Shown here piece by piece: positions 41,765 to 50,429 of a stretch of 64,000 nt of DNA. The notes under the pieces were generated by a model. The model was not told the origin of the DNA. It saw only the letters and a list, made by a program, of their open reading frames with translations, and searched no databases. Source of the stretch: Gemmatimonadota bacterium. Lineage in GTDB: Bacteria > Gemmatimonadota > Gemmatimonadetes > Palauibacterales > Palauibacteraceae. Each line of letters opens with the position of its first letter. The stretch's first letter is position 1. The position numbers were made by a program, and so were the translations under genes. The stretch is taken from assembly GCA_963666735.1 (NCBI GenBank), contig OY762926.1, positions 160,001 to 224,000 of the forward strand, in the 5' to 3' direction.

Positions 41765-43355
41765 GTTCCTGGCGCACGGGACCGGATCGGCCGGCAAGGC
41801 GGCCGGCTACCTCCTCGGCGAGCGGGACGCCGCTGGGAAGCCGCGCGAGGGCGTCGAGGTCCTTCGAGGCGATCCGAACCAGGTGGCCGCCGTCGCCGAC
41901 ACGCTTGCGTTCGAGCACAGGTACACATCCGGCGTGATCGCGTGGGCACCGGAGGACGAACCGGCCGACGCCGAGATCGAGGCGGTCGTGGACGCCTTCG
42001 AGGACACGGCCTGGGCGGGACTGGAGCCCGACCGATACGCCTGGACCGCCGTGCTGCACCGCGAGCGCGGCGGCGGCGCGCACGTCCACGTCCTCGCCGC
42101 GCGGTGCGACCTGGAGACCGGCCGGAGCCTCAACATCGCCCCGCCGGGCTGGGAGAAGACCTTCGGCCCGCTCCGGGACGCCTTCAATTCCGAACACGGC
42201 TGGGCTCGCCCGGACGACCCGGCTCGGGCCAGGGTGCAGCAACCCGGCCACCGCGCCTACATCGAAGCGACCCGACTGCGGGCCGGGCTCCGGCTCGAAG
42301 CCTCCCCCCGCGACCTGATCCGGGACTACCTGCTCCAGCGCGTCGAGCACGGCACGGCGCGGAACCGGGCCGATGTCGTCGCCGCACTTCGGGAGGCGGG
42401 CCTGGAAGTGCCGCGCCGGGGCAAGGACTACCTCACCGCGCTGGACCCCGAGACCGGCGACCGCTGGCGGCTGAAAGGAGAACTGTATGGAGAGAACTTC
42501 GACCGCGAACGATTTGACCGAGCGGCTGCGGAAGAGGCTGGAGAGCGAGAGACGGGAGATCGAGGAGCTGACCGCGAGCGAGCTCGAAAGGCTCGGCGAG
42601 AACTCGCGGCGCGCCGCGAGGAACGCGCTGCGTTCCATCGAGCGCGATACGGAGGAGGCGGCCGGGAGGATGCGCGAGCTGCTGGCAAGGGCTTGGCAAC
42701 GGCCCCTGATCGTAGGCCTGAGCCTTTGGCTCGGTTTCTTCGGCGGAAGCTGGGCGACGATGCAGTGGTTGTCGAGGAGCATCCAGAACCGGATCGAGAT
42801 CCGCGCCGAACTGGGCCGGGACATCGAGGACGCCCGGCGGACGCTGGCCCAAATGGAGGAGGACACCTGGGGGCTCGTGTTCCGCGAGATCGAGGGCGAG
42901 CGGTTCGTGGTGGTGCCGGACGAGGTGCTGGCCGATCCGCCCTGGTGGAAGGTGGACGGAGACCTTCCGGCGTTGAAGCTGTTGAGAGAGTGAGGGAGCT
43001 GTATGAGCGAGTTGGAACGGCAGTTGACGGAGGCCTTGAAGAAGTTGTCCGCGCAGTACGTGACGGAGCAGCGGCGGCACTCCGGGCAGGTCGAAGGCTT
43101 GAGGCAGCACGTCGAAGCCTTGCGGCAGCGCGTCGAGCGGCAAAGCGCGGAGAACGACGCCTTGCGGCAGCACGTCGAGCGGCAGAGCGGGGAGAGCGAA
43201 GCCTTGCGGAGGCGAATCGAGTGGCTGAACGAGGACTTTACACGCTTAACCGAGTCGTACGGCGCGCTCGCCGCAACCTTACGATGATGGTCACGGCGAT
43301 GCGCCTGCGCGGGCTGGGGCGCGATCGCGATCGCGATTACGGTCCGAGCCGCTGA
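41754..43355 (+). CDS. MOBP5 (MbeA-like) relaxase
   Basis: MLIKF..GTG....GYLL, VLRGDP, YTSGV, HRERGGGAHVHV, DLETGRSLN, WARPDDP. Confidence 0.88.
   Translation: MLIKFLAHGTGSAGKAAGYLLGERDAAGKPREGVEVLRGDPNQVAAVADTLAFEHRYTSGVIAWAPEDEPADAEIEAVVDAFEDTAWAGLEPDRYAWTAVLHRERGGGAHVHVLAARCDLETGRSLNIAPPGWEKTFGPLRDAFNSEHGWARPDDPARARVQQPGHRAYIEATRLRAGLRLEASPRDLIRDYLLQRVEHGTARNRADVVAALREAGLEVPRRGKDYLTALDPETGDRWRLKGELYGENFDRERFDRAAAEEAGERETGDRGADRERARKARRELAARREERAAFHRARYGGGGREDARAAGKGLATAPDRRPEPLARFLRRKLGDDAVVVEEHPEPDRDPRRTGPGHRGRPADAGPNGGGHLGARVPRDRGRAVRGGAGRGAGRSALVEGGRRPSGVEAVERVRELYERVGTAVDGGLEEVVRAVRDGAAAALRAGRRLEAARRSLAAARRAAKRGERRLAAARRAAERGERSLAEANRVAERGLYTLNRVVRRARRNLTMMVTAMRLRGLGRDRDRDYGPSR
42487..42993 (+). 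CDS. MbeB-like mobilization protein, overlapping the relaxase in another frame
   Basis: RBS AAAGGAG; coiled coil plus TM segment; position matches ColE1 mbeB. Confidence 0.7.
   Translation: MERTSTANDLTERLRKRLESERREIEELTASELERLGENSRRAARNALRSIERDTEEAAGRMRELLARAWQRPLIVGLSLWLGFFGGSWATMQWLSRSIQNRIEIRAELGRDIEDARRTLAQMEEDTWGLVFREIEGERFVVVPDEVLADPPWWKVDGDLPALKLLRE
43003..43287 (+). CDS. MbeD/MobD-like protein with internal 42-bp repeats
   Basis: MSELERQLTEALKKL; repeated ALRQ.VERQS.E. Confidence 0.75.
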   Translation: MSELERQLTEALKKLSAQYVTEQRRHSGQVEGLRQHVEALRQRVERQSAENDALRQHVERQSGESEALRRRIEWLNEDFTRLTESYGALAATLR

Positions 43356-43441
43356 TGAGCGGGAAATCTGGCGCGGACGGCCTCCCGCAGCGAGCTTTCA
43401 GGAGCGCAGATCGTGCGGTCCATCGCGAGAGGAATCGAATG

Positions 43442-44656
43442 ATGGCACGCACGAAGCGGGACCGGCGCAGCTACAGCGCCGGCGAGTGGGGCCGGAACCG
43501 GGTGAGGGTGTTTGCCGACCCGAAGACCGGCGTTTTCCAGATTGAGTGGCGAGAGAACGGGCGAAGGCTCACCCGGTCCCTGAAACACCGGGACTGGGCT
43601 CGGGCCAAGCGGCAGGCCGACGAGGCCGCCGCAGGCCTTGCGATGTACGCGCCCAACGGCAGGGCCGAAGCCGAGTCCGAGCCGCTCACCTTGGAAGGGC
43701 TTTTTGAAATCTACGGTGAGGAGGTGGTCCCGACGAAGCACCGGCGGACCCAGCACCAGAACAGGGCCACGATGCGGATGTTTCTGGACTTCCTCGGGCG
43801 CGACCGAAGACCCGAGACGCTTTCCCGGCGCGACTGGGACCGGTTCATCCGGGAGCGGCGGGCAGGCAGGGTCGGACCCAGCGGCAAGCCCGCAGCCGAC
43901 CGTACCATCGTGTGCGACCTGAAAGTCCTGCTCGCGATCCTAAACTGGGCCGCCAAGTCGAGAGACGAGCACGGCCGCTTGCTCCTCGACAGGAATCCCC
44001 TCAAGGGACTCAGGGTGCCGAAGGTGAAGAACACCACCCGGGTCGTGCTCTCCGACGAGGAATACGAGGCGCTTCTGAGGGTCTCCGGACAGGTGGGTTG
44101 GCGCTTCCGGGCCGCCCTCGTGCTCGCGCACGAGACGGGGCACCGAATCGGAGCCATCCGGAAGCTGAGGTGGGCGGACATCGACTTCGAGGACAGGATC
44201 ATCGTTTGGCGGGCCGAGCATGAGAAAACCGGATACGAGCACCGGACGCCCGCGACCGACGAGGCGATCTCCGCCTTGGAGGAGGCGCAGAGGCACGCTG
44301 GCGGGACCGGAGACGCGCCGGTTCTGCCCGCGCCGCGGGATCCGTCGACGTGCGTGAGCCGTACGCTGGTGGGCACTTGGTGGAAGACCGCCGAGAGGCG
44401 GGCGGGGTTGGAGCCCAAGCGCGGGAGAGGCTGGCACTCGCTCAGGCGGAAGTTCGCTTCAGACCTCATCGGGCTGCCGCTCAAGGTGCTATGCGATCTC
44501 GGCGGCTGGAGGGAAGCCAAGACCGTCCTGCGCTGCTATCAGCACACCGACGACGTACAACTCAGGACGGCTCTGGACAGCCGTCCCCGGAACGGTCGGC
44601 ACCCGATCCAATCGGCGGGAACCGAACAGCGGGAATCGGATCACCGAATCCCGTAA
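43442..44656 (+). CDS. Tyrosine recombinase/integrase int2, intact paralog of int1
   Basis: Catalytic R (TGHR), K (HEKTG), HxxR (HSLRR), W (GGW), Y (LRCY). Confidence 0.92.
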   Translation: MARTKRDRRSYSAGEWGRNRVRVFADPKTGVFQIEWRENGRRLTRSLKHRDWARAKRQADEAAAGLAMYAPNGRAEAESEPLTLEGLFEIYGEEVVPTKHRRTQHQNRATMRMFLDFLGRDRRPETLSRRDWDRFIRERRAGRVGPSGKPAADRTIVCDLKVLLAILNWAAKSRDEHGRLLLDRNPLKGLRVPKVKNTTRVVLSDEEYEALLRVSGQVGWRFRAALVLAHETGHRIGAIRKLRWADIDFEDRIIVWRAEHEKTGYEHRTPATDEAISALEEAQRHAGGTGDAPVLPAPRDPSTCVSRTLVGTWWKTAERRAGLEPKRGRGWHSLRRKFASDLIGLPLKVLCDLGGWREAKTVLRCYQHTDDVQLRTALDSRPRNGRHPIQSAGTEQRESDHRIP

Positions 44657-44825
44657 GTGACGCGCCCGCAACAGAATCGGCAATCAAGGATTTCTGTCGA
44701 TTCGATGGACTGCACGATCTGCGCGTTTGAAACCTCGCGCAGGGCTCGTCCGTCGTCCAGAGTTGGCGGCCCGGCCGGCTCTGGCGCGGGCGCGCCACGG
44801 GGGCGCTGGTTTCTGCGGTCTGTTG

Positions 44826-44882
44826 AAGAGATGGGTTAACGCTTCACGTTAACCTCTGGCCGGGGGATGCCCCCGGACCCCC
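44826..44882. other. Candidate oriT of the second relaxase
   Basis: IR GGTTAACG-CTTCA-CGTTAACC followed by a GC hairpin, immediately upstream of mobC2. Confidence 0.4.
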
Positions 44883-44920
44883 GAACGACATTCCGTGCGC
44901 CACCAAGGAGGCCGCCCGAC

Positions 44921-45265
44921 ATGGCCCGTCCCCGGAAGCCCGAGGCCGAGCGCAGGACCCGCACGATCGGCGTGCGCGTCACGACCACGGAGGCCGCAGA
45001 GATCGCCCAGCGGGCCGGAGCGGCCCGCATGACGAAGGGCGGCTACATGCGCCGCAGGGCGCTGGGGCAGCCGGTCCGCGAGGCAGCCGTTCACCGTCTC
45101 GGCACCAGAGAGCGCGTCGAACTCCACCGGATCGGCGTGAACCTCAACCAGATCGCGCGCGCCCTGAACTCCGGGGTCTCGGCACCCGACGGGACGCTGG
45201 AGGCGGTGGAGCGGGTGGGCGAGCTTGCGGCCGATCTGCTGAGCGGCGAGGCGCTGGACCGATGA
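44921..45265 (+). CDS. mobC: MobC-like relaxosome protein
   Basis: RBS AAGGAGG; RTRTIGVRVT..E, LHRIGVNLNQIARALN. Confidence 0.88.
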   Translation: MARPRKPEAERRTRTIGVRVTTTEAAEIAQRAGAARMTKGGYMRRRALGQPVREAAVHRLGTRERVELHRIGVNLNQIARALNSGVSAPDGTLEAVERVGELAADLLSGEALDR

Positions 45266-46467
45266 TCCCGAAGATCAACAGTCTGGGGCGCTCGTTCGCC
45301 GGTGCCGCGGCGTACTGTCTGCACGATTCCCCGACGCCGGACGACCGGAGTCCGGAGACTTCGGAGCGGGTCGCGTGGGCCGACACCCGTAACCTCGCGA
45401 CGTTTCGGCCGGAGCGGGCCGCGCGGCTGATGGCCGCGACCGCGAAGGCGGCGCCCGACCTCAAACGGCTGGCGGGCGCGGCGCCAGGGGGGCGCAAGCT
45501 GGCGAAGCCGGTGCTGCACTACTCGCTCAGCTGGGCGCAGGACGAGACGCCGGACAAGCGGGAGATGAGCCGCGCGGTGGACGGGAGCCTGGAGGCGCTG
45601 GGTCTGGAGGGCCACGAGGCGCTGGTCGTCGCGCACGACGACACCCGGCATCCCCATGTCCATGTGGTCGCCAACCGTGTCGATCCGGAGACCGGGAAGG
45701 CGGCGAAGCTGGGCAACAGCAAGCTCCGGCTGTCGCGCTGGGCCGAGGGTTACGAGCGGGAGCAGGGACGGATCCGCTGCGAGGAGCGGGTCAGGAACAA
45801 CGAGCGGCGGCGGGCGGGCCAGGCGGTGGTTCGAGGTCTGTCGAACCGGCCGCGCCACTGGGCGCGCGTCCGCCGCGAGGGGTTGCAGCCCGGGCGGGCG
45901 AGGCGGGCAAGGGGGCCGCGCGATGAGGAGCGCGTCGACATGGAGGCATGGCGGCGCGCCGAGGCTGAGGCTTGGGAGACGGTCGCGGGCGGGCGCGAGA
46001 GGGGCCTCCAGCACCTCGAGAGCCGGGCGCGCAAGGAATGGGCCGAACTGCTCAAGCGGCAGGAGGAGATGCGGCAGCGGCTCGACCGGGAGAGCCGCAC
46101 CGTGCTCGGGCGGCTCCGGATCTGGCGGCGCGATCGCTCACTCGGGGAACTGGCCGGGGCAATCCGGGGCCGGGAGGATCTGGTCGAGGGCTGGCGCGAG
46201 GATCTCGACCGGTACCACAGGGACGAGCGGGCCGAGTTGGGCAAGGCACACGGCGAGAGAGCCCGGGAGATCGAGCGCCGTGGGCACAAGTTCTATCGAA
46301 GTAGGCTGGTGGACGCGGAGCGGAACGCATGGGCGGTGCGGGAGACGATGAGGGAGCGCGAACAGACACGGGAGCGGGCGCGCGGCCAGACCATCACCCG
46401 CATCGTTGTACCGCCCCCACCCCGGCCCAGAGGCCCCGAGCGTGGCGGGGGAGGGTTCGAGCGATGA
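45262..46467 (+). CDS. MOBP (MobA/VirD2-like) relaxase
   Basis: G.SF.G...Y, PVLHYSLSW, HDDTRHPHVHVVANRVDP. Confidence 0.9.
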   Translation: MIPKINSLGRSFAGAAAYCLHDSPTPDDRSPETSERVAWADTRNLATFRPERAARLMAATAKAAPDLKRLAGAAPGGRKLAKPVLHYSLSWAQDETPDKREMSRAVDGSLEALGLEGHEALVVAHDDTRHPHVHVVANRVDPETGKAAKLGNSKLRLSRWAEGYEREQGRIRCEERVRNNERRRAGQAVVRGLSNRPRHWARVRREGLQPGRARRARGPRDEERVDMEAWRRAEAEAWETVAGGRERGLQHLESRARKEWAELLKRQEEMRQRLDRESRTVLGRLRIWRRDRSLGELAGAIRGREDLVEGWREDLDRYHRDERAELGKAHGERAREIERRGHKFYRSRLVDAERNAWAVRETMREREQTRERARGQTITRIVVPPPPRPRGPERGGGGFER

Positions 46468-46757
46468 GCCTTGCCTCGGTCATCGCCAAGCGGATCGCCC
46501 GGAAACGGCTGATCAGGAACGGTCTTGGGTACGCTACGCGCTCTGGAGGTCGACCTTGGTGTTCTGATACCGTAATCACCTGACAGTCTGCCCCCAAAAG
46601 GGAGACGGTGGCCACCCGCCACCGAGACAATGAGCTACGCATCGGGGACGCCCTTCGTTGCGGTCTCGTAGTTCTTGCGTTCCAGCCATTCCTCTAGCGT
46701 GGAGTTGCCCCGCTTTGACGGACACCTATCCATTGGGGTCAAGCAAGGAGGTGTTCC

Positions 46758-47072
46758 ATGGCGGGCCGGAAGGGGCGGTATCCATCCGAGTACAGGGAGC
46801 GGCTGGTGGAACTGGTGAGGGGCGGGCGTAGTGCCGCGTCACTCGCCCGGAAGTTCGAGCCGTCGGAGCAGACGATCCGGAACTGGGTCCGGCAGGCGGA
46901 TGTGGACGAGGGGTTCCGTAGCGACGGGCTGACAACGGAGGCGCGCAGCGAGCTGCGGCGCCTGGAGCGGGAGAACAAGCGGCTCAGGATGGAGCGCGAC
47001 ATCCTAAAAAAAGCCGCGGCCTGGTTCGCGAGGGAGAGCGGATCGATCCCCGGCGGGGGTATGCGTTCATGA
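46758..47072 (+). CDS. IS3 transposase OrfA
   Basis: YPSEYRERLVEL..TIRNWV..LRMERDILKKA; A7G slippery site near 47005. Confidence 0.9.
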   Translation: MAGRKGRYPSEYRERLVELVRGGRSAASLARKFEPSEQTIRNWVRQADVDEGFRSDGLTTEARSELRRLERENKRLRMERDILKKAAAWFARESGSIPGGGMRS

Positions 47073-47917
47073 GGGCGCACCGGGCCGAGTTCCCGCTTCG
47101 GGCCATGTGCCGGGTGCTGGGTCTCTCCCCCAGCGGCTACTACGACTGGTTGAGGCGTCCTCCCTCGGACCGCGCGCGTCGGGACGCGGAACTGGAGGCG
47201 CGGATCGCGAAGATATGGACCGGCAGCGGCGAGACGTACGGCCGTCCGCGGATCCACGCGGCGCTCAGGGCCGAGGGCGAGCGGGTGGGGCAGAAGCGCG
47301 TGGGGCGGCTGATGAGGGGGCTGGAGATCGAGGGCGCGACCAGGCGGCGCTTCAAGACGGCGACGACGAAGAGGGATGCCGAGGCCCGCCCCGCGCCGGA
47401 CCTGGTGGACCGTGACTTCTCGGCCTCGGGGCCCGACGAGCTGTGGGTGGCCGACATCACCTACGTCCCCACGTGGGCTGGCTGGCTGTATCTGGCCGTC
47501 GTGCTCGACGTCTGGAGCCGCCGCGTCGTCGGCTGGGCCATGGCGACGCACATGCGGACCGAGCTCGTCGAGACCGCGCTGGCGATGGCTCTCGCAAGGC
47601 GTCGTCCCGAGGGTCGTGTCGTGCATCATTCCGACAGGGGCTCGCAGTACACCTCGCTCGCCTTCGGGGAGCGCTGCCGCGAGTCGGGCATCGCCCAGTC
47701 CATGGGCTCGGCGGGCGATGCGTACGACAACGCCATGTGCGAGAGCTTCTTCGCCACCCTCGAGTGCGAGCTGATCTGGAAGCGCTCGTTCCGCACGGCG
47801 GACGAGGCGCGACGGGAGGTCTTCGGCTTCATCGAGGGCTTCTACAACACCCGGCGGCTGCACTCGGCACTCGGCTACGAGTCGCCGGCCGACTACGAGA
47901 GCAACCATGCGGCCTGA
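47069..47917 (+). CDS. IS3 transposase OrfB
   Basis: WVADITY, HSDRGSQY, DNAMCESFF.TLE.E, YNTRRLHSALGY. Confidence 0.92.
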   Translation: MRAHRAEFPLRAMCRVLGLSPSGYYDWLRRPPSDRARRDAELEARIAKIWTGSGETYGRPRIHAALRAEGERVGQKRVGRLMRGLEIEGATRRRFKTATTKRDAEARPAPDLVDRDFSASGPDELWVADITYVPTWAGWLYLAVVLDVWSRRVVGWAMATHMRTELVETALAMALARRRPEGRVVHHSDRGSQYTSLAFGERCRESGIAQSMGSAGDAYDNAMCESFFATLECELIWKRSFRTADEARREVFGFIEGFYNTRRLHSALGYESPADYESNHAA

Positions 47918-48035
47918 GGCGCACCCGCGGCGCACACCGACATCCTCTCCCGAGCGCCTGAGGGAGGCTGAAAGGAGAAGAACCGGAGGCGATCAACCAC
48001 AGAAACTAACCGTCCGTGAAAGCGGGACAGCTCCA

Positions 48036-48860
48036 CAGATCTCCAGGGCCGGGCTTCTTGAAGAACCTGCCCTTGTGCGCGGAGCGGCAGGCCGGACAAT
48101 GGTATTCGATCGCAAACATGCGGTGTTCGAGCGGCCCGTTCGCCGTTTGTGGAAACTTGTTCTTGGCACCGCAGCCGGGGCAGTCGACGGTCGCGCGTCT
48201 GGCGGGTCCTTGCAGGCGGAGCGGGCTCCTGCAGGCTGAGCAACCGCCGGGTGCGTGCCGATCCGCGACTTCGTTCAACTCTCCACAGGCGCCGCACACA
48301 AGCACCGAAGACGGGTGGCGAGCGTTAGTTGCCAGCAGGTAGCCGGGGAAGAGGTCGATATCCTGGGCGCAGGTCTCGCAGGGCTGCGTCTTCACCCACA
48401 GGAAATACTTGACCGGAACTGCTCGGTCGCACGCCGAACATTCCGTTTCATACTGAGAACCCAGTTCCGCTCGTAGCTGGCTGACCAATGCGCTTCCGGC
48501 CTCAGCGTACTCGTCGAGGTCGAGGCTTTCCAGCTCCCGTCCCACGATCCACCAAGCCATCGGATTGATGTCCAAGCCCGCGACATCGGCCCCGAGACGG
48601 TTCGCCTCGATGAGGGGAGTACCCCCACCCATGAAGGGATCGGCAATGCGCTTCCCGCGCAGTTGGTGCGAGACGAAGAAGCTCTCGGAAAGGGCGGCAT
48701 CCACGAACTCGGCGAGGAGCAGGCCGCGAAACAGCGTGCCCGGCCGTCGCGCAAACCATTTGTGCACCGCAATGATGGGCCGGTAGTTTTGCTGGATGGC
48801 CTTCTCGCGCAAGGCCAGCGCGGAAATCAGCGGCACATCGAAGCGATCTTCCAACCTCAT
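48036..48860 (-). pseudogene. DUF1156/COG1743-type adenine DNA methylase with Zn ribbons, 3'-truncated by IS3
   Basis: REKAIQQNYRPIIAVHKWFARRPG, DPFMGGGTP, DINP, multiple CxxC. Confidence 0.85.
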
Positions 48861-49157
48861 CCGGTGCGTCCAGGTTGTGTGCAGGTCGAGTACGGCTCCA
48901 CTCCTGATCCGAAGGTAAGGGTGCCGGGCCCGCCGGACACCCGGCGGTGCAGACGCCGCAATCGCGACACCCGACTCGAGCATGGCTCCGGTTCTCAACG
49001 CACGATCATCTGAAGAGTCGGAGAAACGGACGAATCCTCCCCTCAGAGGGGCTTCGTTGCCTTGCGGGTCCTCGACTTGACTTGCTTCGCACCATGCGAG
49101 CCTGGCTCGAAAACCCGCACCCCTTTCCAGCAGATGGTTGATTCCATGAACCGCTTC

Positions 49158-49247
49158 CGGCTCATCCGCTTCGCGGACCAAGGTCATCGGCCGGCAGGAT
49201 ACGCAGAGCGGATGAATCGCCGCATCGATGCCCTACGAAGCCAGTAG
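49158..49247 (+). pseudogene. Orphan 3' end of a TlpA paralog
   Basis: LIRFADQG...GYAERMNRRIDALRSQ-stop versus LIQFKREG...GYEAGVARRIDALRSQ-stop at 28369. Confidence 0.7.
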
Positions 49248-49345
49248 CCGCTCCTGGCGAAGAGATCACGGCCTTGCAACGCGTTCCCGCGGGAACGTCT
49301 ACTATCCCTCCCGACCCGGGGATTGCGCGCAGACGGAGATACCGG

Positions 49346-50404
49346 TTGGCAACGCTCGCACCTGTCACAGCCACGCACGCCTTCGACGAGCGGCGGCTCG
49401 CGGACTACCTGTGCGCTTGCGGAGTGCCCGAGTTCGCGGGCGGGCTGACGGCGCTCCAGTATCAGGGCGGCCAGTCGAACCCCACCTACCGGCTCGAAGC
49501 GGGCGGCCGATACTTCGTCCTGAGGAAGAAGCCGCCGGGCGACCTCCTGCCTTCCGCGCACCTCGTCGAACGCGAGTACCGCGTGATGCAGGCGCTCGCG
49601 GACACCGACGTTCCGGTGCCGAAGATGATCCACCTGTGCGAGAACCCCGGCGTGATCGGGCAGGCGTTCTTCGTCATGGAGCATGTGGAGGGACGCGTGC
49701 CCTCGGCGCCGGGGCTGCCCGAGATCGACTCTCCCGGCGAACGGGCGGCGATCTACGACGCGATGAACGAGTGTCTGGCCCGGCTCCACTCGGTGGATTG
49801 GGCTTCGGCCGGTCTCGGAGACTACGGAAAACCATCGGACTACGTCGCGCGGCAGATCTCCGTCTGGACGAGACAGTACGCGGCGGCCCGGACCGATCCG
49901 ATCCCGGCCATGGAGGCGCTCGTCGAGTGGCTGCCCGCGCACATCCCGGCCAGCGACGCGTCCGGGGAGGAGACGACGATCGCGCACGGCGACTACCGGC
50001 TCGACAACATGATCCTGCACCCGGCGGAGCCGCGGGTGCTGGCCATCGTGGACTGGGAGCTGTCGACGCTCGGCCATCCGCTGGCCGATCTCGCCTACAA
50101 CTGCATGACGTATCACCTGCCCGAGGGTCCCCTGTGGAAGGGGTTGGGGGAGACCGACTGCGGGTCGCTGGGGATTCCGCCGGAGGAGGACTACGTCGCC
50201 GCCTACTGTCGGCGGACGGGGCGCGGCGGGGTGCCGGACTGGGAGTTCTTCATGGCCTTCGGCCTCTTTCGGCTCGCCTCGATCTGCCAGGGGGTGTACG
50301 CGCGGGCGATCCAGGGCAACGCGAGTTCGCGGAACGCGCTGGAAGTCGGCGCCAAAGCGCCGATCTTGGCCGAAGCGGGCTGGAGTTTCGCCCGCCGCGC
50401 CTGA
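49346..50404 (+). CDS. Phosphotransferase (APH family, ACAD10/11 kinase-like)
   Basis: GGQSNPTY, LRKKPPG.LLPSAH.VEREY, HGDYRLDN, DWELSTLGHPLAD; TTG start after GGAG. Confidence 0.92.
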   Translation: MATLAPVTATHAFDERRLADYLCACGVPEFAGGLTALQYQGGQSNPTYRLEAGGRYFVLRKKPPGDLLPSAHLVEREYRVMQALADTDVPVPKMIHLCENPGVIGQAFFVMEHVEGRVPSAPGLPEIDSPGERAAIYDAMNECLARLHSVDWASAGLGDYGKPSDYVARQISVWTRQYAAARTDPIPAMEALVEWLPAHIPASDASGEETTIAHGDYRLDNMILHPAEPRVLAIVDWELSTLGHPLADLAYNCMTYHLPEGPLWKGLGETDCGSLGIPPEEDYVAAYCRRTGRGGVPDWEFFMAFGLFRLASICQGVYARAIQGNASSRNALEVGAKAPILAEAGWSFARRA

Positions 50405-50429
50405 GGTCCGCCCGCGCCTCGGCGTGCCC

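Larger units (their letters stand above)
29719..44704. mobile_element. Inner integrative mobilizable element (~15 kb) bounded by 7-bp direct repeat CGATTCG
   Basis: CGATTCG at 29719-29725 and 44698-44704; joining the flanks rebuilds an int1 leader nearly matching the int2 leader. Confidence 0.75.
46700..48035 (+). mobile_element. IS3-family insertion sequence, complete, no TSD
   Basis: IRs TGGAGTTGCCCCGCTTTGACGGAC / GTCCGTGAAAGCGGGACAGCTCCA. Confidence 0.92.
28460..49170. mobile_element. Outer integrative mobilizable element (int1, mobC2/relaxase2, DUF1156 methylase); ends approximate
   Basis: Sequence downstream of int1 is homologous to the inner element's right end; 49110-49150 resembles the inner left end; host-like genes on both sides. 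Confidence 0.5.

Noticed and set aside
43404..44724. int2 as a self-inverting switch between 22-bp inverted repeats
   Set aside because: The right copy is better explained as the displaced int1 leader outside the CGATTCG boundary; inversion is not excluded but unsupported.
49282..49297. parS site
   Set aside because: The arms resemble GTTCC..GGAAC but the central ACGT is replaced by CGCG.
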